NCBI GenBank assembly: GCA_018398765.1
Contig: JAHBMJ010000001.1
Coordinates: 186,001-246,999 of the forward strand
Length of the DNA: 60,999 nucleotides
Direction of reading: 5' to 3'
From: Chromera velia
Taxonomy: Eukaryota
The position numbers were made by a program, and so were the translations under genes. The notes beneath the pieces are model-generated. The model did not search any database. It had not been told where the DNA came from and saw only the letters and a list, made by a program, of their open reading frames with translations. Of this stretch, positions 1-12,000 are shown one piece after another (positions within the stretch are counted from its first letter, which is position 1; the number at the start of each line of letters is the position of its first letter).

Positions 1-37
1 CCCAACACCACCCGAAGAAAGGGTGCGGAAGACTCAC

Positions 38-3000
38 GTTCGCACGGGGCGCCTTCCTGAGCACACGACCACCCAGGCTCTGTCTGACAGGAACTTGAGC
101 ATCCGTCGCCACTCTCGGTGTCCCCGTCGTCGCAGGTCTCGAGACCCAAACGTTTCCCGTCACCACATATAGCTGCAATAGAGAAAGGGCGTCTGTCTCA
201 TTCAGCAACTCATCAAACTTGCATGCATAGACAAGCAAAACCTGCATGGTGACGAGCAAAAAATCAGCAGAGAATAAATATTCTTACCAATCCAAATATC
301 CTTTCCCCCCATTCTATCGAGGAACATCCATGCGAAGTCCAAAATTGAATTTTGTACGTGTCCTCTGACCTGTGCAAGAAGCCCCGACAACGTTGCACTC
401 CCAGCCGTCCTCGATGTTTCCCTCAGAGTCGCACCCGTCGCCGCTCTGAGAGTTCCCATCGTCGCACTCTTCGTCTCCGACAATCTCACCGTCTCCGATG
501 ATTTCTGCAACAGACAACGAGGAGAAGGAGGGAGCGGAATACGAGCATGGGACTCACAACTCGGCAGAAGCGCAAATATAGCCAAAGCCAGAGGAAGTAA
601 CATAAGGGCAACGCCCATCCACCACCCCCCAATAAAACACCAGAGAAGCCCACAGATGAATTCATTATTTGTGGATTCTCACATCTATTCAGACAAATGT
701 AACACACCGGTGCAAGGGGTCCCTCTGGTAACCCACCCATGGGCGAAAAACTCTGATTGACTTACCTTGACAGGGATCGCAAATAGTCGGGCACTCCCAT
801 CCGTCTTCGATGGTGTTCAGAGCGCTGCACCCGTCTCCGTCGTCGCTGTTTCTGTCGGCGCACCTCTCTGTACCCACCAGCAGGCAATCGTCCCAGGTCG
901 CTGCAAGAGGGTGCACAGAAAAGCGATGTAAATTCTACAATCTCCAGGGGGCTCTGCGACTGCGTCTCGCTAGTCGCTAAAGACAGCACCGGCGACTGGC
1001 GGAAAGATAGCGAGAGGGAGGGGGAGCGGTGAGGGAAGTGAAGTTCAAATGTGAGAGAAGCAAACTCACGTGAACACTCTCCACCGTCCTGAGGACACGT
1101 CCATCCCGTCTCCGTCTGACAGGAGGATGAGCACCCGTCTCCGCCTTCTGTATCGCCGTCATCGCAGGTTTCTGTTCCGAGACGATCCCCGTCACCACAG
1201 ACGGCTGCAGGGGGTTGATCAAAACAACACAATAGGAGAGGTCAAGTGCCTTCAAGACACACCTGGAAATGAATACATGAAGCGATACACAAGCGTGCAT
1301 TGCGAATCCTGCATCACGGCATAGTCGTTCTCAGGGGATAATAGAAATCAGGGACACCTGTCAGATGCATAATTCTGAGTCTCGATTTCTTGGCCGAGTC
1401 ACTCATCGAACGACGAGCTGGCCTCCACAGAGTTTCTCCCTTTCGGCTGACCTGTACAGACTACTCCGTCTCCCTGCCAGCCCTGGAAGCAGAGACAGCC
1501 GAAGGTGCCGTCAGAATTCAAACAGACAGCCTTGCTGTCACAGTTGTGAGCGTCCGTCGCGCATTCATCGATATCTGCACTCACTCACCCACTCACATGA
1601 GGAGGGGTCAAGGGGTATCGATTCAATATATCAAAGCCAACAAAGACATTCATGAATTTTGAAAAGAGAGGACTTGAAGAACCGAGATCTCATCGCTGAC
1701 CCGAGCAGGCACCGCCATCCACAGGACAGTCCCAGCCATCTTCCACGTTGCCGTCGGAGTCGCAGCCATCTCCGCTCTGAGTGTTGCCGTCGTCGCACTC
1801 TTCGTCTCCGGCCACGTCTCCGTCACCAACCACGGCTGCACTCAGACCACACAAGACAGAAGCGGAAAGATCATTCAAACCAGACAGAAGCGGAAAGATC
1901 ATTCAAACCAGACAGAAGCGGAAAGATCATTCAAACCAGACAGAAGCGGAAATGGAATGCTGCTTGGAGGCAAGAGTAAAACCAAAAAGTCAGTTGGGAA
2001 TTTAGCTTCTTAGTCTGTCAGTTGTTTCATGAAACGGCGTTTCCTTCTTGTTCTGCCCACATGCCGCTCGATAGCGAGACCCAGTGGCCGTTGACGCTCA
2101 AAACGTGTCTGCGTGGTGTCAAATCTTGCAGTCTCGATGGTGGACTGACTCACTTTGACATTCTGTGCCCGTCGCCTTCGAGCCGCCGCTTGTGGTGTCG
2201 CTCCACCCGTTCTTGCACGCGCACGAGAACGACCCCATGGAGTTTGTGCACACGGCATTCGGGACGTCGCAGTTGTGACCGCCCCCTTGGCACTCGTTGA
2301 CGTCTGCAGGAAAGCGAATGTGCCAAAAGAGTTAAAAAGAGACAGTGAAAGGCAAAGGGGCGCAGGATACATGAGTGAAACAAAAACAACGGGAGCCATT
2401 CTCTGCCTCTCCCTGAGAGCAGCTGTGCTTGCAACCATATTGTCCCCATCCCGCACTTACCTGTACAGACATGACCATCTCCACTCCAGCCCTCATTGCA
2501 CGCGCACTCGTAGCGGCCTCCCGTCGGTGACAGATTTGTACAGGTGGCCTTCGTTGAGCACGTGTGCTTTGGGTCTTTTTCATCGCATTCGTTCAGGTCT
2601 GCAGGGAGAAACATTTTTAGATAGAGAAGAAGACAGTTGAAGCCTTGAAGGTGTGTCTTTTCATCAAGGATTCCTTCCACGACGCGTACTGTCAGATTGT
2701 CAGATTACCGTTTCTGTCCTTGCTTACCTCCCTTCTCCTCTGTCCTTGCTTACTTCATCTGTTTCTTGTCTCTTCGATCACTCCAATAACCTGTCCGGCA
2801 CCTGCAGTCCACCCACTTGCTCGTGAAATCAATGCCTTCTCCTTTCCTCCTCTCCTTCCCCATTCGCTCTCCCACTCACCTGTGCACACGGAGGCCGTCT
2901 CTCCAGGCGGCACTGTGCACGTCCACCCGTCCTCCACCTGACCCCCATAGCACCCGTCTCCCGGATTTGTGTTGCCGTCGTCGCACTCTTCGTCTCCCAA

Positions 3001-6000
3001 CACGTGACCGTCATCGGGAGTCGCTGCACTCGTTCATTCAACCAAGCAGCACACACAGACAGAAAGATGGATACATGGACAGACACGCAGGCAGACGAAG
3101 AGAGCTACTTGGAAACAATAGACTCTTATTGAGTGCCGAAAGGCAAAAGGAGAGATGAGTCACCAGCCTCTCACAGAGACCCCACACACGAAGAGACCCC
3201 CACCCACTGACTCACGCGAGCAATCGCCGCCATTCTGAGGGCAGGTCCATCCAGGTTCAGTCCTGCAGCTGCTGGAGCACCCGTCTCCGTTGTCGGTGTT
3301 GCCATCGTCGCAGGTCTCTTCGCCCAGTCTCTCTTCGTCTCCACAGACAGCTGCAAACTCATACAGAGGCAGCAACAGCGCCATACCGATTTTTCCATCA
3401 GGAGCCATCAGAGCGAAGGAACGCGTGCAAACCTGACAGCAGACCTGAAGAACATCCAGACAATCCAAAAACCACATCAAGGCAAGAATAGCCCAGAGAA
3501 ACATCAGAATCCAGCGGAAATCTGTCAGCCAAATTCCTCCCTCATGAATCTAGCTCAGCAGAAAGCACCCGTACCTGTGCAGGAGAGGCCGTCCCCCTGC
3601 CACCCCATAGAGCAGGCACAGGTGAAGCCTCCGTCGAAATTTGCACATACCGCGTGGGCATTGCAGTTGTGGCTGTCGCTTGTGCACTCATTCACATCTG
3701 CATTCATTCATTCATTCATTCATTCATTCATTCATTCCTTCATTCCTTGATTCATTCATTCATTCATTCGTTCACTCTCATGCATGGTGTGCTCGTGCAC
3801 TCATTCACATCTGCATACGATCATTCATTCATTCTCGTGGTGTATCGATCCACAGACATGCAGACATCCACAGACGGCCAGTCGCAATCAGTCACACATC
3901 CACAGACACGAATGCAGACGGCCAGTCGCAATCAATGGAATGTTTTCATCTTCCGCACGCATTGTGGGGTGTGTTTCCAGGAGTACAAATGATGGAATTG
4001 AATCTTCGTCTCATCCATTGACTTTATAGACCGACGGAAAAACCAAATACTTACAAAATAAAAAAAAAGAAAGAAGAATGAGATAAACTAACAGACAGAG
4101 AGACAGACAGGTGAGAGTCACAAAAGACTAAATGCAACTGTGTCTAAATTGAGAAATTGGCATCCTGACACACAAGCATGCAGAGCTTGACCAGAATGGG
4201 AAAAGAATTTCCTACTCCGGAAGTAGCGCGGGGAACCTAACCGTACTACCTTATCCAAAACGGACCTGAGCAAGCACCGCCATCCACAGGACAGTCCCAT
4301 CCGTCCTCCACCTGCCCGTCGGAGTCGCACCCGTCTCCGCTTTGAGTGTTGCTGTCGTCGCACTCTTCGTCTCCGGCCACGTCCCCGTCACCGACAACGG
4401 CTGCACTCAGACCACCCCGTGATGAAAGCAAAACAAAGACAAAAGCTCATTGACACAAGAAAGAAGCGAAACTGCAAGAAAGTCTGAGGATGAAGTCCAA
4501 CAGCACGGAAGGAGTTCCGCCTCCTGAAATATCTGCTGTTCCAAGATGATCCCTCCACCCGCCATCTCCACATGCACTTTCTGGTCTCCCTTTCCGAATT
4601 TTTCTAGAAGGTTGACTGACTTTGACACTTTGTGCCTGTCGCCTTCGAGCCGTCGGTGGTGGTGTCGCTCCACCCGTTCTTGCACGCGCACGAGAACGAC
4701 CCCATGGAGTTTGTGCACACGGCATTCGNNNNNNNNNNNNNNNNNNNNNNNNNNNNNNNNNNNNNNNNNNNNNNNNNNNNNNNNNNNNNNNNNNNNNNNN
4801 NNNNNNNNNNNNNNNNNNNNNNNNNNNNNNNNNNNNNNNNNNNNNNNNNNNNNNNNNNNNNNNNNNNNNNNNNNNNNNNNNNNNNNNNNNNNNNNNNNNN
4901 NNNNNNNNNTGGTGGTGTCGCTCCACCCGTTCTTGCACGCGCACGAGAACGACCCCATGGAGTTTGTGCACACGGCATTCGAAACGTCGCAGTTGTGGCT
5001 GCCCCCTTGGCACTCGTTGACGTCTGCAGGCGAATATGCAACAGAAATTTGAGAAAGTCGAGACTTCGTTTTGAAAGAAAGAAAGGAAGGAAAGAAAGAA
5101 AGAGACAGGTTCACTCTTTGAATGCACTTCGGCTTGGAAATGGTGAAAGGCAATGCGGCGGGGGATACAAGAATGGAATACCGCGCTCTGCCTCTCCCTA
5201 GGTGCCTCCAGCCTGAACTCGTCTGAAACGTGAAAGAGGAAGAATAAAACGGACAAGCAGCCCTGCTGCGAAACGTTCATCAGCCGCACTCACCTGTGCA
5301 GACATGGCCGTCTCCACTCCAGCCCTCATTGCACGCGCACTCGTAGCGTCCTCCCGACGGTGACAGATTTGTGCAGGTGGCCTTTGTAGAGCATGTGTGC
5401 TTTGGGTCGTTTTCGTCGCACTCATTCAGGTCTGCAGGGAGACACATTTTTAGAAAGAGAGGAAGACAACTGAAGCCTTGAATGTGTTTTTTGTCATCAA
5501 GGATTCGCTCCACGACATTGTCAGACTACATCCTTTTTCCTTGCTCATTCACCCGTTCGCTCCCTTCTTCTTTCCCCCGATGGCTCCCTACTCACCTGAG
5601 CACACCGACGCAGTCTCTCCAGGCGGCACTGTGCACGTCCACCCGTCCTCCACCTGACCCCCATAGCACCCGTCTCCCGGATTTGTGTTGCCGTCGTCGC
5701 ACTCTTCGTCTCCCAACACGTGACCGTCATCGGGAGTAGCTGCACTCATTCATTCAACCCAGCAGCACACACAGAGAGAAAGATGGACAGATGGAGAGAC
5801 ACACAAGTGGACAGGCACAGATACGTGGAAGCAATACACTCTCTTTGAGTGCTGAAAGGCAAAAGATAGGACGACTCCCAGAGACCCCCCACACGAAGAG
5901 ACCCCCACCCACTGACTCACGCGAGCACTCGCCGCCATTCTGAGGGCAGGTCCATCCAGGTTCAGTCCTGCAGCTGCTGGAGCACCCGTCTCCGTTGTTG

Positions 6001-9000
6001 CTGTTGCCATCGTCGCAGGTCTCTTCGCCCAGTCTCTCTTCGTCTCCACAGACAGCTGCAAGCTCAAACATATGCGGCATCAGTGTCATACCGATAGTTC
6101 TATTAGAAGCCATCACAGCGAAGTAAAGCGTGCAAACCTGACAACAGACCTGAAGAACATCCTGCTACAGAGAATCTAACTACCAAATCGAAACTAAAAA
6201 TAGCGCAGAGAACCATCGGAATCCCGGCAGAAGAAAATCTGTCATGCAGCCAAATTGCTGATGATCCTGAGCAGGAAGGAAGCCAAATTGAATGCGTACC
6301 TGTGCAAGAGAGGCCGTCTCCCTGCCACCCCACAGAGCAGGCGCAGGTGAAACCTCCGTCGAAATTCGCACACACCGCGTTGGGATTGCAGTTGTGGCTG
6401 TTGCTCGTGCACTCGTTCACATCTGCACTCTCATACACTCACGTACAGAAACACACAGATCCACACATGCAGACAGCCAGGTCTAGTCACAATCAATGGA
6501 ATCTTTTCATCTTTTGGATGCATTCCGGGATCTCCATGAGTGCAAATAATGAAGATGAATCTTGTTCTCATCCGTTGACTTCATAGATTGACGCAAAAAG
6601 CAAAGATGTAGAAATGAAGAAGAAAATAAATGGAAGCAGGGATGAAATTATTTAACAGACAGAGAGAAAGACAGGTCAGACTCACATTGTCAAGCAAACC
6701 AAATGCAACGGTGTCTTAAGTCTGAGACTCGCACCCTGACACACAAGCATGAATTGGAAAAGACTCCCCTAGCTCATCCTGAAGAAGAGCGGATAACCGC
6801 TCTGCATGCCTCGTCAGAAACAATGCAAAGCTTTACACGACTTTTGAAGAGGACTTGAAGGTGCGAGCCTTTATCGCTGACCCGAGCAGGCACCGCCATC
6901 CACAGGACAGTCCCAGCCATCTTCCACGTTGCCGTCGGAGTCGCAGCCATCTCCGCTCTGAGTGTTGCCGTCGTCGCACTCTTCGTCTCCGGCCACGTCT
7001 CCGTCACCAACCACGGCTGCACTCAGACCGGGCCATGATAAACGCAATAGAAGCAAAAACTTCATTCACACCCCCAAAGAAGCAAAAACGCAATTTAGAA
7101 GGTGGAATCAAACAAGTAGGCATTCCGCCTCCTGATCTGTTGTTACAAGAGGTCTCCTCCACGTGCCATCTCCACATGAACTTTCTCATTTCCCTTTCCA
7201 AATGGACTCAGCGGGGTGACTCACTTTGACACTCTGTGCCTGTCGCCTTGGAGCCGTCGCTGGTGGTGTCGCTCCACCCGTTCTTGCACGCGCACGAGAA
7301 CGACCCCATGGAGTTTGTGCACACGGCATTCGGGACGTCGCAGTTGTGGCTGCCCTCTTGGCACTCGTTGACGTCTGCAGGCGAACAGGTAGCTCGAAAA
7401 AACAAAGTAAAACAGAGGATAAAAGGAAGGAGAGAAGGTAGACTGAGGAAATCAGGAAAGAGCGGCTCGAGGTTGAATACAGACTCTCCTGACACAAAAA
7501 AAACACAGCGTTTAAAAAACAATAACAGTATTGAACATGCCAAGCAGCTCACCCGTGCAAGTATGGCCATCTCCAGAATAGCCGGTGTTGCACGCGCACT
7601 CGTAGCGTCCTCCCGATGGCGGCAGATTTGTGCAGGTGGCCTTTGTAGAGCACGTGTGCTTCGGGTCGTTGTCGTCACACTCATTCAGGTCTGCAGCAAT
7701 TAATTGAAACACAGCGACAAACAGATGAAAACAATGAACACGGCTGTCAGCGTAAGCCCATTATGTATGTATGGCAGAAACAAACCATGGAAGGGGAGGT
7801 TTCGCTGCATTCAAGAATGGAGCAGAGAGCTACAGGCTGCCTGGTAATTGATGCAGACAAATCATCGCTCGCTCTTGAATGTCCTTCCGGACTCACCTGT
7901 GCACACAGAAGGCTCCCCCGTGCACGTCCACCCCTCTTCTATTTGACCGTTGTGGCACCCGTCTCCTGCATCTGTGTCTCCGTCGTCGCAGTTTTCGTCT
8001 CCGACAATCTTGCCATCGCCATGAGTTTCTGCAGACAGGGAACGGGTCGACAAGAAGCCTCGAAAATTCTTTTTGCAGAGAGAACGGGTGGTGTCCTGCC
8101 TCTGATTGATGTGTGATTGTTCAGTCTGAGCCAGGAGGGTGACGTGACAAATGTGTAGTTACCTGGGGGGTCGGCCTATCTTTTGTAATCAGGGTGCTTT
8201 CACAGATGAGCACACACAAGTCTCGAGGAGGCCAGTTGTGCCATATTGCTTCTTTTTCTACTGCCGTGACTCACAAACCAGGAGAATGCATTCTACGCTC
8301 TTCTTGCTCGACAGGAATTAAGAGATTCGCAACGTGGAGGTGTCTGCATGCCGTCTCAACGTTTCCTACTACTCACGGTTTTCCTAATTGTGACTCACCT
8401 TGACACGCCTCGCACACGGTCGGGCATTCCCACCCAGATTCAATTTGGTGTGTGAAGCTGCACCCGTCTCCGTTGTTGCTGTTGCCATCGGTGCATCTCT
8501 CGGAGCCCACCAAGAGACAATCGTTCATCAAAGCTGCAAATTGGCACAAAGACGCGCACCTCTCTCAACTTAATTGCAATACTCAGAACATAAAGCACCC
8601 CTCGAAGATTCCCTCTTCTGTACCCTTAACTGTTGTCGGAAACAAACCTAGAGCTTATCTTCTAGGGATGAAGCACTGAAAGCTCTTTGGTGGCTCAGAA
8701 AGGAGCCCACATGGAGCCCGTCAGTGAGTTTGGCTATACACACTCACACGCAATCAAGTGTGTCATGAATTCTGATATGTGTGGATGCGAACACGGTGCA
8801 TGAGGCATCCGGTGGCATCAGGCCGCCTACACGGAAAACAGACCCTAGTCATTCGATGACAATCGTTGTCTGCATAGGCACTGATGAACGTGGTCTAAGA
8901 GAAAAAGTCTACTCACGTGAGCAATTGCCGCCATTCTGAGGGCAGGTCCATCCAGGTTCAGTCCTGCAGCTGCTGGAGCACCCGTCTCCGTTGTTGCTGT

Positions 9001-12000
9001 TGCCATCGTCGCAGGTCTCCGAGCCCCGAACCGCGCTGTCTCCACAAATAGCTGCAAGAGGATGAAAGAGCGGATCAAAAGTCCAAAACATACGTACAAT
9101 GTGAGTCACGTGAGGGCATGTACAAGCATGTGCGCGTGCATGTCACGGACAGATCCTGAGAGTGACCTCATAGACAGCGAAAGGCAAAATAATTAGAAAT
9201 CACCACGTTTCTTTTTGGATTGACTGTTAAGATGACAGTTCCTCATGTTCTTGTCGGACAGCTTGAGAGCTACTATGCATCCACACACCCACCGGTACAA
9301 GGGCCACCACCGGGCAGACAGGTGTAGCCGTCCTCCACTTGGCCGTCAGAGTCACACCCGTCTCCGCTCTGAGTGTTGCCGTCGTCACATTTTTCGTCTC
9401 CGACGACCTTTCCATCCCCGATGATTTCTGAGAGACGAGGGCACAAAAGTAATTGAACGAAAGGAAAAGGAAGGAAAGAAGTTTGCAAACGTTTGTGTTT
9501 CTCTCGGACGTCAGCAAAGCGAACATTTATGTCAAAGTCAGGAGAATCAGATTCCAGACGTAAAAAAGCCGTGATGCGTTTCCAATCTGTCACTTCACTC
9601 AAAATCTGATGCACAAACCAGATCCCCAAAAGAGTCACGGAAAGAAACTCCAGTCGAGCGCAACTGACCGTCGCAAGGTTGACAGACGACAGGACAGTCC
9701 CATCCATCCTCGATGACATGCGTCCCTGTGCAACCGTCTCCGTTCAGTTTGTTCGTGTCCGTGCATTCTTCGTCTCCCACCAGGCGGCAGTCGTCCCGGT
9801 CGGCTGCAAAAATGCATCCATGGGTGTCAAGAATCAAAAAGGGATGCTTGAATCACGGAAACTTAAACGGATAATCAGGGGTGCGAGCTAAATTGAGCGA
9901 AAGGAACGTTCACTGAATTGAGAAAGGAAGACCGACAAATTCAAACATAGACAAAAATGGATACAATATTGAACTTCGATCTACTGACGGCTGCACTCCC
10001 CTCCGTCCTGAGGGCACGTCCATCCCGTCTCCGTCTGGCAGGTACTGGAGCACCCGTCTCCGCTTTCGGTGTCCCCGTCGTCGCAGGTTTCTGTTCCGTG
10101 TCGCTCCCCGTTTCCGCAAATGGCTGCGTCAGGGACACACACACAAGATCGCAAAACAAGGGAATCGCTCCAAAATCCACGGAGGCAACACATTCGAGAT
10201 GCGACTGTAGGTGTTCACAAGCTGATGTAAATCAGGAACACAAAAGGATCGAGAATAATTTGAAAAGAAACCACGCGCACATATTTATACACCCCCAACA
10301 CACTTTCCTGGGGCTTCCTGTCTTTCCTTTTGCGGGGCTCTGTCCCCTAGAGACTCCGCTGCACCCACATTACCCCCCTTCCTCCCTTTAGACACACAGA
10401 CATCAAGCTCACCTGTACAGCCGAGGCCGTCTCCCTGCCAACCGTGGTTGCAAGCACACGAAAACCCCCCGTTGGCGTTTGTGCACGTGGCGTGTGCATC
10501 GCAATTGTGCGTGGCGTCGCTGCACTCGTCAATGTCTGCAGGGATACACAGTCACAGAAGGCTTATTTCAACACTTCACAAAATCCTCGGAGCAGTGCAT
10601 CAAAACAGGCAAGCAGACAGGGTACATTTTCCCTTCCTCCCTCACCTGTGCAAGGCCCCGCAATCCCCGGACAGGTGTAACCGTCCTCCACCTGCCCATC
10701 AGAATCGCATCCGTCCCCGCTCTGAGAGTTCCCGTCGTCGCACTCTTCGTCTCCGGCCACCACACCATCGCCGACCACGGCTGCAGTGACACACAGAACA
10801 AACGAACCCACCGCAAGCACACATACACACCAACTCACTCACTCCCTCACTTACTCACTGACACATTCATGGAAGATTATCTTTGCAACCTCACAGAGTA
10901 ACAAGCCCCGACATCGTTCACAGTCCACACCTGCTCCTCGCTTGACCCCTCTTCTCTTCTCAGTTCGCCGTCCAGTCCAACGTTTTGACTTCATCTTGAT
11001 CGTGTTTTCGAATCTTCTAGACTCACGCGGATTCCCTCAGACACCTCGGCTCACTAACGTCACCCCATACAGACTCACTTTGACATTCTGTGCCTGTCGC
11101 CTTGGAGCCGTCGCTGGTGGTGTCGCTCCACCCGTTCTTGCACGCGCACAAGAATGACCCCATAGAGTTTGTGCACACGGCATTCGGGACGTCGCAGTTG
11201 TGGCTGCTCCCTTGGCACTCGTTGACGTCTGCAGGCGAATATGCAACAGAAATTTGAGAAAGTCGAGACTCCTTTTTGAAAGGAAGAAAGAGACAGGTTC
11301 ACTCTTTGAATGCACGTCGGCCTGGAAATGGTGAAAGGCAAAGGGGCGGGGGATACACAAAAAATGGGAACCGCGCCGTGGATCTCCCCAGGTGCAGCCA
11401 TAATGTTCCCAGCCCGAACTCGCCTGTGCAGACATGGCCGTCTCCACTCCAGCCCAAATTGCATGCGCACTCGTAGCGTCCTCCCGACGGCGACAGATTT
11501 GTGCAGGTGGCCTTTGTAGAGCATGTGTGCTTCGGATTGTTTTCGTCGCACTCATTCAGGTCTGCAGGCAGATGCAGGTCCATTTTGAAAGAGAAGCAAG
11601 GATCGAAAGAAAGCATTGTTGATCCTTCCTTTGCGTCGGAAGGAAATTTGTTCCAAGACGCTGTCACAGAAAGGATCCTTCCAGCAAGTACCCATTCCTA
11701 ACTACCGATGCGAAGCACTTTTCACTCGTTTTCATCTCTTCTCTCACTCACCTGAGCACACCGACGCAGTCTCTCCAGGCGGCACTGTGCACGTCCACCC
11801 GTCCTCCACCTGACCCCCATAGCACCCGTCTCCCGGATCTGTGTTGCCGTCGTCGCACTCTTCGTCTCCCAACACGTGACCGTCATCGGGAGTCGCTGCA
11901 CTCGTTCATTCAACCAAGCAGCACACACAGACAGAAAGGTGGATAGATGGAAAGACACGCAGGCAGACGAAGAGAGCTACTTGAAAACAATAGACTCTTA

